Positions 24,416 through 37,822 of a stretch of DNA of 64,000 nucleotides are shown one piece after another. The first letter of the stretch is position 1. Each line of letters begins with the position of its first letter. Position numbers and translations under genes: made by a program. The notes beneath the pieces are model-generated. The model worked only from the letters and a program-made list of their open reading frames with translations. It was not told the origin of the DNA and ran no database searches. The DNA comes from Felis catus (lineage: Eukaryota). The stretch lies in assembly GCF_018350175.1 (NCBI RefSeq), contig NC_058382.1, forward strand, positions 50,470,001 to 50,534,000, in the 5' to 3' direction.

Positions 24416-26369
24416 TTTGGGTGTTGAGTTTTATAAGTTCTTTATATATTTTGGATACTAACTCTTTATTGGATATGTTATTTGTAATTATCTTCTCCCA
24501 TTCCTTAGGTTACCTTTTAGTTATTTTGATTATTTTCTTTGCTGTGTAGAGGCTTTATATTTTGATGTAGCCCCAAAAGATCATTTTTGCTTTTATTTCC
24601 CTTGCCTCAGGAGACATATCTAGAAAAATGTTGCTATGGCTGATGTCAGAGTAATTACTGCCTTTGCTCTCTTTAGGACTTTTATGGCTTCAGCTCTCAT
24701 ATTTCGGTCTTTAATGCATTTTGAGTTTATTTTTGTATATGATATAAGAAAGTGGTCCAGTTTCATTCTTTTGCATGTTGCTTTCCAGTTTTCCCAACAC
24801 CACTTGTTGAAGAGGCTTTTTCCTATTGTGAGAGATTAATAGGCCATATAGTTGTAGGTTCATTTCTTAGTTTTCTATTCTGTGTTCCATCGACCTATGC
24901 CAATGTCCTACTCTTTTGACTACTACAGCTTTGTAATATAACTTGAAGTCAGGAATTACCAGACCTCCAACTTTGCTTTCTCAAGATTGCTTTGGCTATT
25001 TGAGGTCTTTTGTGCTTCCGTATATATTTTAGAATTTTTGGTTCTAGTTCTGTGAAAAATGCTGTTGGTATTTTGATAGGGATTGCATTAAATGTGTAGA
25101 TTGCTTTGGGTAGTATAGACATTTTAAAAATACTTGTTCTTTCAGTCCATGAGCATAGAATGCCTTTCCATTTCTTTGTGTCAGCTTCCATTTCTTTTAT
25201 CAGTGGTTTATAGTTTTTCAGAGTACAGGTTTTTCACCTCTTTGGTTAGGTTTATTCCTAGGTATCTTACTGTTTTTGGTGCAGTTGTAAATGGGGTTGT
25301 TTTCTTAATTTCTTTCTGCTTCATTATTAGTGTATAGAAATGCAACAGATTTATGCACAATTGATTTGTGTCCTGCAACTTTACTGAATTCATTTATCAG
25401 TTCTAGTAGTGTTTTGGTGGAGTCTTTTGAGTTTTGTCTGTATGGTGTCATGTCATCTGCAAATAGTGAAAGTTTTACTTCTTCCTTGCTAATCTGGATG
25501 CTTTTTATTTCTTTTTCTGGTCTAATTGCTAGGGCTAGGGCTTCCAGTACTATGTTGAATAAAAATGGAGAGAGTGGGCATCCTTGTCTTGTTCCTGACC
25601 TTAGGATGATGTTTGCTATGGTTTTTTCATATATGGACTTTATTATGTTGAAGTGTTTTCCCCCTAACCCTACTTTGTTGAGGGTTTTTATCATGAATGG
25701 ATGTTGTACTTTGTCATATGGTTTCTCTGCATCTGTTGCAATGATCATAGGGTTTTTTGGTTTTTATCCTTTCTCTTGTTGATGTGATGTATCACTTTGA
25801 CTGATTTACAAACATTGACCCACCCTTGCATCCTGGGAATAAATCCCACTTGATCATGGTGAATGATTTTTTTTAACAGTACTGTTGTATGTGGTTTGCT
25901 GGTATCTTGTTGAGGATTTTCTATGTTCATCAGAGATTTTGGCCTATACTTCCTTTTTTTGGGGGGGAAGGAGATGTCTTTATATGGTTTTGATATCGGA
26001 ATGATACTGGCTTCATGTAATGAATTTGGAAGTTTTCCTTTTTCTCTTCTTTGGAATAGTTTGAGTAGAACAGGTATTAATTTTTAGTTAAATGTTTGGT
26101 AGAATTTGCCTGTGAAATTGTCTGGCTCTGCACTTTTGTTTGTTGGGAGGTTTTTGATTACTGAAAATCAGTGCCTTTAAATAAAATACAGAGTTGTTGA
26201 CATTTATGGTTGACTCTTGAGCCAGGCTGACTCTGGAAATATTGCATTCATATTTCCTGAAATTACAAATTGCCAATTTTTATAAGCCATTTTGAGGTAT
26301 GATATACAAAAACCTGTACATATTCAATGTTTACAACTTGATAAGTTTGGAGATAAGAATACACTTATG

Positions 26370-28440
26370 ATCCATACTACCCAAAACAATCAATTCAATG
26401 CAATTAAATTACCTATTCCTATTGAAATACCAACAGCATTTTTCACAGAAGTAGAACAAATAGTACTAAAATGTGTATGGAACCACAAAAGACTCTGAAC
26501 ACCTAAAGCAATCCTGAGAAACAAGAACAAAGCTAGAGGTAGCATAATTTCAGACTTTAAGGTATGCTACAAAGCTGTAGTAATCAAAACAGTATGGCAC
26601 TGGCACAGAAACAGACACTTAGATGAGTAAAACAGAATAGAGAGCCCAGAAATGAACTCACAATTATATGATCAATTAAATATGACAAAGGAGACAAGAA
26701 TATACAATGGGGAAAAAGACATTCTTCAATCAGTAGTGCTGGGAAAACTGGACTGCCACATGTAAAAGAATGAAGCTTGAGCACTTTCTAACAGCATGCA
26801 CAAAAGCAAACTCAACATTAAAGACCTAAATGTGATACCTCAAGCCATAAACATCCTATAAGACAGCATAAGCAGTAATTTCTTTGACATTGGCTATAAC
26901 AACATTTTTCTAGATATGTCTCCTGAGGCAGGGGAAACAAAAGCTAAAATAAAGTGTTGGGACTGCATTAAAATAAAAAGCTTTTGCACAGCAAAGGAAA
27001 CCATTAATAAAAGACAAAAAGGTAACATACTGAATGGGAGAAGATATTTGCAAATGATAGATCTGATAAATGGTTAATATCCAAAATCTATAAAGAATGT
27101 ATACAGCTTAACACTGAAAAAAAAAACAAAAACAAAAAACAAACAAACAAACAAAAAAACCCACCACCAAACAATCCATTTAAAAAATGGGCAGAGGACC
27201 TGAATAGACATTTTTCCAAAGAAGACATGCAGATGGCCAACAGACACATTAAAAGAAGCTCAGGGCACCTGGATGGCTCAGTTGGTTAAGCATCTGACTC
27301 TTGATTCTGGCTCAGGTCATGATCTCACAGTTTATTTCAGGCCCCCACCTTGGGCTGTACAGTGACAGCGTGAAGCCTGTTTGGGCTTCTCTGTCTACCT
27401 CTCTCTGTGCTCCTCCCCTGCATGCTCGTGCTCTCTCTTTCTCAAAATAAATAAATAAACATTAAAAAAAAAGTTGTTCAGTATCACTAGTCATCAGGGA
27501 AATGGAAATTGAAACTACAATGAGTTGTCATCTTATACCTGCCAGAATGGCTAAAATAAAAAAAGACAAGAAATAACAAGTGTTGTTGAGGATGTGAAGA
27601 AAAAGGAACCTTCTTACACTGTTGGTGGGAATGTAAATTGGTATAGCCACTGTGGAAAACAGTGTGGAGATTCCTCAAAAAATTAAAAATAGAAATGCTG
27701 CATGATCTAGAAATTCCACTACTGGGTATTTACTCAAAGGAAATGAAAATACTAATTTAAAAAGATATATAGATATATATACTAATTTAAAAAGACATAT
27801 GCACCCTATGTTCATTGCAGCGTTATTTACAATAGTTAAGATATAGAAGGAACTTAAGCGTCCATTAGGAGAAGAATGGATAAAGAAGATGTCATATATA
27901 TATCATATATATATGTATATATATGTGTATATATATATATGTATATGTGTGATATATATATGCAGCCATAAAAAAGGAGGAGATCTTGCCATTTGTGACA
28001 ACATGAATGGACCGACCTAGCAGGTATAATGCTAAGTGAAATAAGATGGAGAAAGACAAATACCATGTGATTTACTCATATGTAGAATCTAAAAAAAACC
28101 CCAAACAAATGAATAAACAAACAAAAAAGAATCAGACCTATAAATACAGAGAACACAATGATGGTTGCCAGAGGGAGGGGGGTGGACAGATGGGCAAAAT
28201 GGGTGAAGAGAAGTGGGAGGTACGGGCTTATAGTTGTAGACTGAAAAAGTCACAGGAATAAAAGGTATAGCATAAGGAATATAATTCATGGTACTGTCAT
28301 AGTGTTGTATGAGGACAGAAGGTAGCTACACTTGGGCTGAGCACAGCATAACATATACACATGCTGAATCACTATGTTGTACACCTGAAACTAATGTAAC
28401 ATTGTGTCTACTGTGCTCAAATAAAAAAATTGTAAAAAAT
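26370..28440 (+). mobile_element. 5'-truncated carnivore L1 (ORF2 3' part plus 3' UTR), inserted in an older antisense L1MA/MB 3' fragment
   Basis: [18 protein letters not shown] motif and 3' UTR ending gtacacctgaaactaatgtaacattg...aataaaaaaa. Host L1 halves at about 26285-26369 and 28441-28510. Confidence 0.9.
27263..27472 (+). mobile_element. CAN-SINE within L1
   Basis: SINEC head with tcttgattct insert, and A tail. Confidence 0.9.
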
Positions 28441-28534
28441 GCATCCATGAAACCATCACCATAATCAAGGCCATAAATTTTTTCATCACCTACAAAAATT
28501 TCCCTCTACCCCTTTCATTCATTCATTCATTCAC

Positions 28535-28751
28535 TTTTAAAAAAAATATGTTTATTTATTTTTGAGAGAGCAAGAGAGGAAGTGGGAGCAGGGAAGGGGC
28601 AGAGAGAGAGAGGCCGACCCAGAATGGGAAGCAGGCTCCAGGCTCTAAGCTGTCAGCACAGAGCCTGATGTAGGGCTTGAACCCACAAACCATGAGATCA
28701 TGCCCTGAGCTGCAGTTGGATGCTTAACCGACTAGGCCACCCAGGTGCCCC
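28535..28751 (-). mobile_element. CAN-SINE
   Basis: Flanked by (cattcatt)n on both sides. Confidence 0.9.
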
Positions 28752-28805
28752 ATTCATTCATTCATTCTTTTTTATTAAAAGTTAAAAAAAATTCTTTTGT
28801 GGTAA

Positions 28806-28990
28806 ATTATTTTTTAAATGTTTATTGGGGGGGGGAGGGGCAGAGATAGAGGGAGACAGAGAATCCCAAGCAGACTCCGTGCTGTGAGTACAGAGCCTGA
28901 TGCAGGGCTTGAACTCACAAACTGTGAGATCATGACCTGAGCCAAAACCAAGAGTCAGATGCTTAACCAACTGAGCCATCCAGGTGCCCC
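28806..28990 (-). mobile_element. CAN-SINE
   Basis: TSD ttttgtggtaa at 28795-28805 and 28991-29001. Confidence 0.9.
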
Positions 28991-30384
28991 TTTTGTGGTA
29001 ATTTTTAAAATAAAGATGGAAAATTCTGAATTCTGAAGGTACATTCCAAACAACAGCAAATTGATCTTTATTATTATTTTTTTTACTGTCAGAAAAGAAT
29101 ATAGCAAAATAGTAATAATTGCAATATAAGAATGCATGGTGGTAATTGACTTTCCATTGTGCTTATCAAAAGGATTTGCATTTTATAATTATTGTAGCCG
29201 TCATCACAAGCATGTGCTGAACTGATTCTGCTAGGATGCTGTTTTCTGGTTGCTACCATTCTCCTTGGTAGTAACAGAGTGTGTGGAAAATGCAGGGGTG
29301 TGGATGAGATTCACAGTATCGCCAGAAGCAATTTGAAATTGGCTAGGCAGAAGCATGACCTATTTTTTTTTTTTTTGGTCTGTCTTTTCTGATCTAGAAA
29401 ATGTTTGCATTAACTCTCATTCCCAGCTGGAAGCATTGCTTTATTATGACTCAGTGGATCAATATACATTGGGAGCCATGAACTGTGATAGGTGGCCTGA
29501 CAATCGTATGAAAGGCCTCACTGGTTTGAGTGGAAATGAGGTTGCTTTGTGAGAGGCAACTTTCTTTTTATCAAAAAGGACAATTTAGAACTTTCCATTA
29601 TGCATTACAAATAGAAATAAGATGGCGATAAACAGAGCAAAATGATGTGCTTTTTTCCTCTTCTGCCTGCACTTCCCCACCTTTCGCATCCTGACAGACT
29701 GGATCCTGCTCCCTCAGCCTGGGGTGATTTTTATCTTGGTCAAGCCAGGGGAATTGCCTGCTCTTTCTCCTGTGGAACAATTAGTGGCATGTCATTTTAG
29801 AAGTTATTTCTTTCTCAGTGACAAAAATCACAAGTTTATAACCATAGGTTAAAATCAGATTAATGAATAGAAGTGCTTGATGGGAAAAATCGCCAGCAAT
29901 GGCTTGTTACACTTACGTCTGTTTGTTTTCTTCACTGTTTGAGCACAATCCCCAAATTAAATATGTTGAACCTTGATTTGTTCTATATAAAGAGGTAAAG
30001 AACTCATTTAAAACACCTGTAATAATTGAGCATAACTCAAAACATCCCAACGTATGTCAATCGCTGGCCAAATTAGTGGTAATGTATCACATTTTTGACA
30101 TAAAACCCGTAAGAGCATATTTTTTTCTCTGTGTTTTTCATAAAAACAGAACTCTTGTGTGCTCTTCTGTTTGTACATAGGCCAGGAGCCAGATGGAGCT
30201 GGCTAGGGTGCTTGGATGTTAGAGGAAGCAATTCATTTGTGTAGCAAAAGGGTCTGCAACTCAAAGCATTTCTAGAATTGAATGTGTGCATGGGGGAATA
30301 TTGTACTTGCTGGCTTCAGACACTAAATTCTATTTGCATCCCACTGCCCCATGCTATTGTGGAACATTATATCCATTAAAAGCA

Positions 30385-30386
30385 GT

Positions 30387-30435
<49 letters not shown>

Positions 30436-30550
30436 ATATATATATATATGTATGTGTATATATATATATGTATATATACATATATATTTATATACTATAA
30501 TGTAATTATTATAATTATATATTATATATGATGTTTTACATATATATAAT
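30385..30550. repeat. Compound (TG)n/(TA)n microsatellite
   Basis: Seen directly. Confidence 0.95.
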
Positions 30551-31150
30551 TTTTTTTGTTTCTGTCTAATTTGTACCAGTTACTACTGTGATGCCTACTG
30601 AATTTTGAGAGATTTTGCTCTACAGTGCAGATCTGGAGTCCAGAATCTACTGCACATATGGCAGGATGTTTTTTGAATCAGATAGAAGCATTCATCCTGG
30701 TTGACCACCCATCTACACATGCAAATAGCCTTGTTTTTCACAATCCACATACAGTTTTATAAAATCATACTTTGCATAAAATGTATAATCGGCAGCTTTG
30801 GGGATATTAGGCACTTAAACATTTACTCATAAAGATACTACAGTACATTAACCATTCAGATCTGAGATATTAGTTGATCTGATTTTCTCAGCCAATTTCA
30901 GATCTCTGAGTTTGCAGGTTATGTGAGTTGAGGAATAACATGGAAACACGACATATTTTTTCAGTAATGTCAACACATTAGCACTGGTGAGTATTGTTTT
31001 AATTGGGGGGTGATCCTATTTGCTTTTCAGTTTAGAGACTCTTTCCCATATATGCCCACAAATCAGTTCACCTCAAGCCCTCTGGTGACTGCTGGGTAGA
31101 GTAGCCTCCTTTGATTGTGTCAATCCCTTCCAGATAAATGTTCAGACTTT

Positions 31151-31267
31151 TTTTTTTTTAGCTCATTTTATTTATTTTGAGAGAGAGCGAGAGGGAGAGA
31201 GAGAGGGACAGAGAGGAAGAGAGAAAGAGAGAGACAGACAGAAGGGTAGATGCAGAGGTGGGGGGGG

Positions 31268-31339
<72 letters not shown>

Positions 31340-31384
31340 AAGAGAGAAAGAGAGAAAGAGAGGAAGAGAGGAAGAGAGAAAGAG

Positions 31385-31439
<55 letters not shown>

Positions 31440-31565
31440 AAAGAAAAGAAAAGAAAAGAAAAGAAAAGAAAAGAAAGAAAATCCCAAGCAGGATCTGTAC
31501 TCACAGTACAGAGTCCAATGTGGGGCCTGATCTCATGAACTGTGAGATCATGACCTGCCCTGAAA
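31151..31565 (-). mobile_element. 5'-truncated CAN-SINE with about 300 bp internal purine/pyrimidine repeat expansion
   Basis: SINE tail at left, aatcccaagcagg...tgtgagatcatgacctg at right. tcagacttt at 31142-31150 and 31566-31574. Confidence 0.88.
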
Positions 31566-32167
31566 TCAGACTTTATGATTTCCTCATCTTTCCTTTAGTT
31601 CTTTCCAAAATGATGGTTGACATATGAGGAACTCAGATGATACAGGGCACGACTGGGTAGCAGCTCCCCCAGCATATGTTGGTTGTCATGTTGGTATTTA
31701 CCACAAGATCGTTGGTTGGATCATTTTATACCTGTCAGTGATATCTGCTGAGTGTGGTTGGGTTGGTCCTAACCCTACATGTTTGTTGTAATGCATTGCC
31801 AGTTTTAGTGGCCGATCCCTCCCTTGATTGTTTTCTTGGCCAAGGCCATCACCTTTTGCTGAAGGAGTCCCATGACACCTCTTGTTGCTATTCAGAGTCT
31901 ATGAAGCTGGCTGTGACATTCTTTGGTTAATAGATGGAACAACTGTGCAGTCATCTCTGGGTGATGTCACTACCATGAAGAATCCCTCAAGTGAGCTTCT
32001 AGTCAGACCCTCATTCACTTCTGAGCATTGCTCTTTATCTTCTCCTCCTGGGCTTTGATTGTGGAATGGTTTCTAGGGAATATAATTCATTAGACAGAAA
32101 GATGAAAAACACATTGTTCCAATTAAAAAACTCCCAGTTATCTCCTGCCAAAGAAAAATCACACTAG

Positions 32168-32400
32168 TACAGACTTCCAGTTACAAAATAAAAAAAGTCA
32201 TGGAGATTAAAAGTACAACACAGGGAATCTAGTCAATAACATTGAAATAACATTGTATGGTGACAGATGATGACTACGTTTACTGTGGTAAGCACTGTGT
32301 AATGTATAGAATTGTTGAATCACTCTTGTACACCTGAAACTAGTATGATATTGTATGTCAACTATACTTCAATAATAGATAAAAATAAAAAAAAACAAAA
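32168..32400 (+). mobile_element. L1 3' UTR fragment (older carnivore/L1MA type)
   Basis: ttgtatggtgacagatg...gtacacctgaaact...tgtcaactatacttcaat plus A tail. Confidence 0.85.
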
Positions 32401-32414
32401 GAATAATTGCACGG

Positions 32415-32910
32415 ATTGGGTAAAAAGACCAGACAGACTTTCAGTACCATAGCAATGAAGGTCAAGACTATTGCAATAGAGAAGAGACATTGAACCCAAC
32501 TCTGCTGAAACAAAAGAAAGTTTGTAAGCTCTGGGTTGAGCCAGTAGAAAAGTACTGGAGAACATTAGGCGGGGAAGTTGGTCATTGTGATCAGGTGTTT
32601 GTGTTTGCTAATTGGCGATTACAGAAATTAGACTCATGCCCTCCCATAGAGACTGGGAAATGAGGCACTTTCTTGATGACTGCATTTCAAGGGATGACTC
32701 AGGTCCTTGAGAAAGACATTCTTGGGTTATAAACTTGGAAAGAGGCTTGAGGAAGATTTATATCTCAGGGGGCAGAGAAATGGTTTATAGTTGCAAGTTT
32801 CCTAAATTAAATGCTCTAAGAAAAGGGAAGTCAGGCACTTCTAGTTGGGAAGGACCCTGTGTAAAGTTTAGTCAAGCTTCTGAGGTAAAAGCTAAGACTG
32901 TCATGGTCAC
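32415..32910 (-). mobile_element. ERV1-class solo LTR (MER67/MER31-like)
   Basis: gactattgcaatag..., ggtccttgagaaagacattc and aaatgctctaagaaaagggaagtcagg motifs as recalled. Confidence 0.6.
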
Positions 32911-34013
32911 AAGCATCGCCAGTAGTTTTTCCTGCTGCTTGTAAAATAAAAGTTTCCACAATGAAGTATCACTTAAAAAGGAATAAGTCATGGAATTAAA
33001 TAAAGCACGTATATTCAAGACTGAACTCAAAAGTACCTAAGCCTAGAGGTGAACATATCTCCATAATTGGGAATATGATGTTATCTTAATATGTCTTAGC
33101 AGTTTTTACAAACTGAGAAAGCATTAAATGATTTAATCAATCAAATGCTTGGGATTGGTTTTGCACTTTTTACCTTTTTGATTTACTGTGTTCCAGTAAT
33201 GCTGCCTTTTGCAGTCATTATGTGGAAATGATGTCTGTTGGTACAAGAGAGTGACTTCAGTTTTTTGACCCAGAAGGAGTGATATGAGGACATTTGGCTC
33301 ATGACAGCTTATCATCTCTGTCTGGCTAAGGAAGATAAAAAAAAAAGGAAGGTACGGAAGCAAAAAATGGTTTTTAAACCTCTGGGATATTGTCAGTATG
33401 TTCTTTTTGATGCATGATGTCATTTACTGAAATGACCTGTCTCACTGCAATAGATCTAAATCGAAACTTTTAGAAAAGCATCATAATGGGCTTAGAAAGC
33501 AAAACATGAGCAAGTCCTGATTATCGTTTGAATTTCTAGACATCATGTGCTAAAAGTCATTTTCCTAAAATGACTAATTTGAGTGAAATAAAACTTGCTG
33601 GCACAGAATTTAGTGTTTTTATAACTTTTTCCCAGCTTTCCAGAGTAAATTTGGCTGTCACAAAATTTGCAAATCAAATATACAAATCAAAATGCCCGAA
33701 CAGAGGAAGGGTGTAAATATTTACTTTTCAATCCACTGAATTATTAAAGATTTCAGAAATGTTTGCTCTGGCAATACATGAAGTAGGACGGAAAGTCAGT
33801 CTGCCAATTTGCCGCGAGGGAAAAACGGATCAACAGCAAAGAACTGAAACCTCAGAGAACTGAGTGAGGTATTATTAATTTAGAGCCTTTCTGGGGAAAT
33901 GAAGTGAAAAGCATCTTTTTCACTGTATCAAAAATCCAAAAACAAAGCCATAAGTACATCTAGGAAATGTAGTTTACAAGTGATTAAACTGTATAACTTT
34001 GGGGCAATTGGTA

Positions 34014-34016
<3 letters not shown>

Positions 34017-34058
<42 letters not shown>
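34017..34058. repeat. (TG)n microsatellite
   Basis: Seen directly. Confidence 0.97.
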
Positions 34059-34063
<5 letters not shown>

Positions 34064-34199
34064 ACTTGAGCTTTCTCTTTGAGAACCTCACTGAAAATAC
34101 CTCGCTGCAAAGAAACCTCATTTGGCTCCAGTTTCCACTTTGCCACTAATTTGGTATATGAATTTACACAGTCTTATTATACCTGGATGGCCACAGATT

Positions 34200-35880
34200 T
34201 ATTTCATTCCTTTATGCAGTACATAGTTACTAAGCATCCACCGTGTGTCGGGCCATATGCTAGACACTTAGGATCTATCTGTGGGTAAAAGAGGCAAAGA
34301 CTCTTGGTCTCATCAAGCTTATGTTCTAGTAGGTCAAGATAAAAGATAAAGAATACATGTAATAAATAAGAAAATCATATACTATGTGTAAAAGGAAATC
34401 ATATACTATGTCAATTCCTGTCAAAAAGAATGAGAAAGTTGTTTTGGGTAAGACAAATGGGAACAGTATTGTTGGGTAAGAAAAATTGTGGCAAGGGAGG
34501 TCAGGGGATACAGGCCTTTATGGGAAGGATCAGATCCGAGCAAAGACTCGAAGGTGGCAGGGATGTTAGCCCAGTGTATCTCAGAGGGGAGCACTCCAGG
34601 CAGAAAGGATCACTTCGCACAGTAGGGACTGGGAGGTAGGAGAATGACTGGTGTTTGTGCAGAGAACCTCAGGGAGGGAGGCCCTTGCTGCTGATGGGGA
34701 GTGAACTGGGAAGAAGAGGCTGGGCAGACATGGGTGGGAGTGGTATAAGGGGGCAGATCAGATAGGACCCTGTGGGCCATATAGCGATGACTTGGTCTTT
34801 CACTGTGTGTACGATGGAGACTTACTGCAGTGTTTTGAACACAGGGATAGTATTTTAAGCCTGTTACATGGAGAATGGAGCCTCCATGAGCTAGGTAAGA
34901 AGTAGAGAGACTTCTTTGGTGGCTTCTGCAAGAATGTAGGGTAAAGTCATGTGCCTTGAGCCAAAGGAGTACCATTGAAGATGGGCAAATAGTCTGATGC
35001 TGGAGAGGTGAGCAGCACCAGTAACATTTTCTCTTGGAATGGTTATGTGGTGAGAAAGAGGGGAGTCAAGAATGACTTCTTTGTTGTTACTCTTCTGAGA
35101 AACCAGAAGGATGGAATTATCATAAACTGGGCTGGGGAAGGGTATGAACAGAGTAGGCCTGGGGGAGAGAATGATGTTTGGTTTGGAACATGTTACAGAT
35201 ATCAAGTTGAATGAAGCTCAGGAAGGAGATGTGGGGTAGAGATTAACTCAGGGAATTATTGGCATGTGGGTAATGCTTAAATCCACGAGGTCAAGAGAAA
35301 TCATGAAGGAGTGCACATTGACAGAAAAGAACCAGGGCAAAGGACTGAGTCCTGGAGCATCTCAACCCTCAGAGCTGATAAGAGATAAAAAGAACTAGCA
35401 ATGGAGACTGAGGAGAAGGACCAGTAAGCTGAAGAGAAAATTAAGAGAAGGAGCTCTTGTGAAAATAAGTGAACAAAGTATACCGAAGCATTGGGAAGGG
35501 CCGGAATATTCAAATGTCTCTGCTGGGCCAGGTGGTAGGAAGGCTGAAACCTGAGCCTTCGATTTGGTGACGTGGAGTTCTCTGGTAGTCTTGAGAAGAG
35601 CAGCTTCAGTTGAGTGGTACAGAATGAAAGGCTGGTTGGAGTTGGCTGGAGCGAGAATGAAATGAGAAGAATTGCAGAGCTTGAGTGTGGACATCTTACT
35701 CAAAGAATGGTAACATAAAAAGGAGAACAAAAAGTACAGAAGAGTCAAGAGAAGCTTTTTTTCTTAAAAAAAAAAAAGAAGGAAAAACAACAGCATGCTT
35801 GTACATCCGTGGGAATGACCCATTAAAGAGAAAAAAAGATAACGAGGCAGGAGAGAGGGGAGAATCGCTGAAGCAGTGGA
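34200..35880 (-). mobile_element. Long L2 fragment including 3' end
   Basis: ttcattc...ttactaagcatccaccgtgtgtcggg...aagcttatgttctagt, then purine-rich L2 ORF2-like antisense sequence (gatttggtgacgtggagttc). Confidence 0.8.
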
Positions 35881-35929
35881 CCCGAGCAGGTCCATCACAA
35901 GTGAAGGGGCCAGCTCATGCCCTGTGGAA

Positions 35930-36230
35930 GGAACTGGAAGGCACAGGAATGGGCTCGGGCGCTGACTGTGCCAGCAGAGCTCCGTCTCACTTCACCTCCC
36001 ACCTCCGCCTCCCTCTGTGTTGGCTTCACTCAGGCAGACTTTCCAAAAAGATCGCTGCTGCAGTTTGATTCCCGAGTCCCATCCTTTCAGCTTTCTGAGC
36101 GGAGAAAAGGATCTCTCCTTCAGTAGTCCCGACAGAATCCTGGAATTGCACCACTAGCCTGGCTCAAGTGATGCTTCCATCCCTGTCACCATCCCTGGGG
36201 CCAGGGGAGGCAATGCCAAGATTCCAGAGT
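35930..36230 (-). mobile_element. Old MaLR LTR fragment (MLT1K/L-like)
   Basis: ctctgtgttggcttcactcaggcag...atccctg..accatccctggggccagggga. Confidence 0.5.
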
Positions 36231-37012
36231 GTTCTGTGAAAAAAGACCAGTAAATTACAGCGTCAGTAGCATCGTGTTTTCTTCTTGGCAAAACAAGCAA
36301 ACACACAAAAAAACCGACAAAAAACTAAGCTGGTAACAACACAAAGTTGTTAAGAGTTCTACATGGTGACCCAGGGACACTGCAGTCCATTTAAGGGAGC
36401 CAAACAAATATTGGCACAATGTTCTTTTTGTTTCCTTACATTATTGTAATGTAATGTCAAGATCAAAATGATCCGGGCAAATTTAGACTCTTGGGGGAAA
36501 TCTAGTTGACATGTGAAAAAAAAAGTAATTATCTTAGAAGGAAGCTTTCCTATGACAATTTTAATTAAGCCAATCATTTTTGTAGAAATGTATGTGGCCT
36601 AGTGGTGGCTAGGACTGTCATTCAATTGTGTTCACTGTGCTTTGTGTCCTTGAACATTTGTGTCTTTCTACACTTTAAATATTGGGAAAGAAATATGGCT
36701 CCTTCTTTCTGAGCAGTTTGTACTTTTACGAAGTTGACAAAACTCTATGCCACATCATCTCCCTGATGTCCACCAGGAATGGCAGTCATGTCATTTTTAA
36801 TATCAGTAGGGGATAGAGGTGATTCTTTTCTCTATTTTAAGGCTTCAACCAAAAGTATTTTTTTCTTCAATTTTTCTTTTCACTTTCCCGAAATTGTAAG
36901 ATGTGTCTCTATGAGCAGAACTAATTATTATTGATATCTGGCAAATGGGATATATGGATATTAAATTTATAATTCAGCCAGGCAGTTACTTATAGTTAAA
37001 TCATATTGAATA

Positions 37013-37135
37013 AGGGTATCTGCCTGGCTCAGTTGATAGAGCATGTGACTCTTTGATCTCAAGGTCCTGAGTTCAAGCCCCCCACTGGACGTGGAACCTA
37101 CTTAAGATGAATGTTTAAAAAAATTAAAGAAAAAT
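37013..37135 (+). mobile_element. Short tRNA-like CAN-SINE (old subfamily lacking CT region)
   Basis: ctggctcagttgatagagcatgtgactct..tgatctc...tgagttcaagcccc. Flanked by atattgaat repeats. Confidence 0.82.
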
Positions 37136-37603
37136 AAATAATATTGAATTTATAATTTAGATATATTCCTGGGATAAAATTAACCACTATGGGCAATGAC
37201 AGTTGTATAATTTTTTCAGGGGTAAAGAACTGAGAAGGAAGTGACTTTTAAAATGAGATCCTCACTGAGATTTAAATTATTTTAAAAATAAGTAATTTCT
37301 TATCCACATTAAAGTCATTTGTATAACATTTGGAAAAATTTAATTTGCATAATATTAGGAAAATTTACTTAGCCTCTGTAAATATTTTTTTAAGTTTTAT
37401 TTGAAAAGAAGAAGTGTTAAAACATTTCATTTCACTAGATAATTTTAGTAATTAAGCTTAATATGGTACATAAAATTTCTAGAGTAGAGTATTTGACATA
37501 CAATAGGCACAATTTATAGTTTGCTTTTCTTTCCCTGTAATTCACAGCCACATATTTTATAGAAGCAAGTTCCCCAGGAAACTGATGTTTAAATTGGTAG
37601 GCA

Positions 37604-37822
37604 CCCACTGGGTGCCTCAGTGGGTTAAGCGCCCAACTTCGGTTCAAATCATGATCTCTCGGTTTGTGGGTTGAAGTCCCACATCAGGCTCTCTGCTGGC
37701 AGCTTGGAGCCTGGAGCCTGCTTCAGATTCTGCGTCTCTGTCTCTCTCTGCCCCTCCCCCACTCACACTCTGTCTCTCTCTCAAAAATAAATAAACATTT
37801 TTTTAAAATTAAAAAAAATAAA
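37604..37822 (+). mobile_element. CAN-SINE with altered 5' end
   Basis: SINEC body. tggtaggca repeated on both sides. Confidence 0.9.

Larger units (their letters stand above)
22104..26164 (-). mobile_element. 5'-truncated carnivore L1 (RT region to 3' UTR) with (TTTTA)n tail; hosts a SINE and a younger L1
   Basis: ORF fragments include [10 protein letters not shown]...LFADDM (RT) and [12 protein letters not shown]. Frameshifted, with internal deletions. Confidence 0.93.

Noticed and set aside
23677..25930. RT and cysteine-rich ORFs as an active gene or novel RT system
   Set aside because: Fragmented, 5'-truncated L1 ORF2 with stops and frameshifts.
31158..31627. ORFs rich in ERK or SLF repeats
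   Set aside because: Translations of a microsatellite.
37013..37100. tRNA-Lys-like gene
   Set aside because: Degenerate, no proper acceptor stem; has an A tail and TSD, so it is a SINE.
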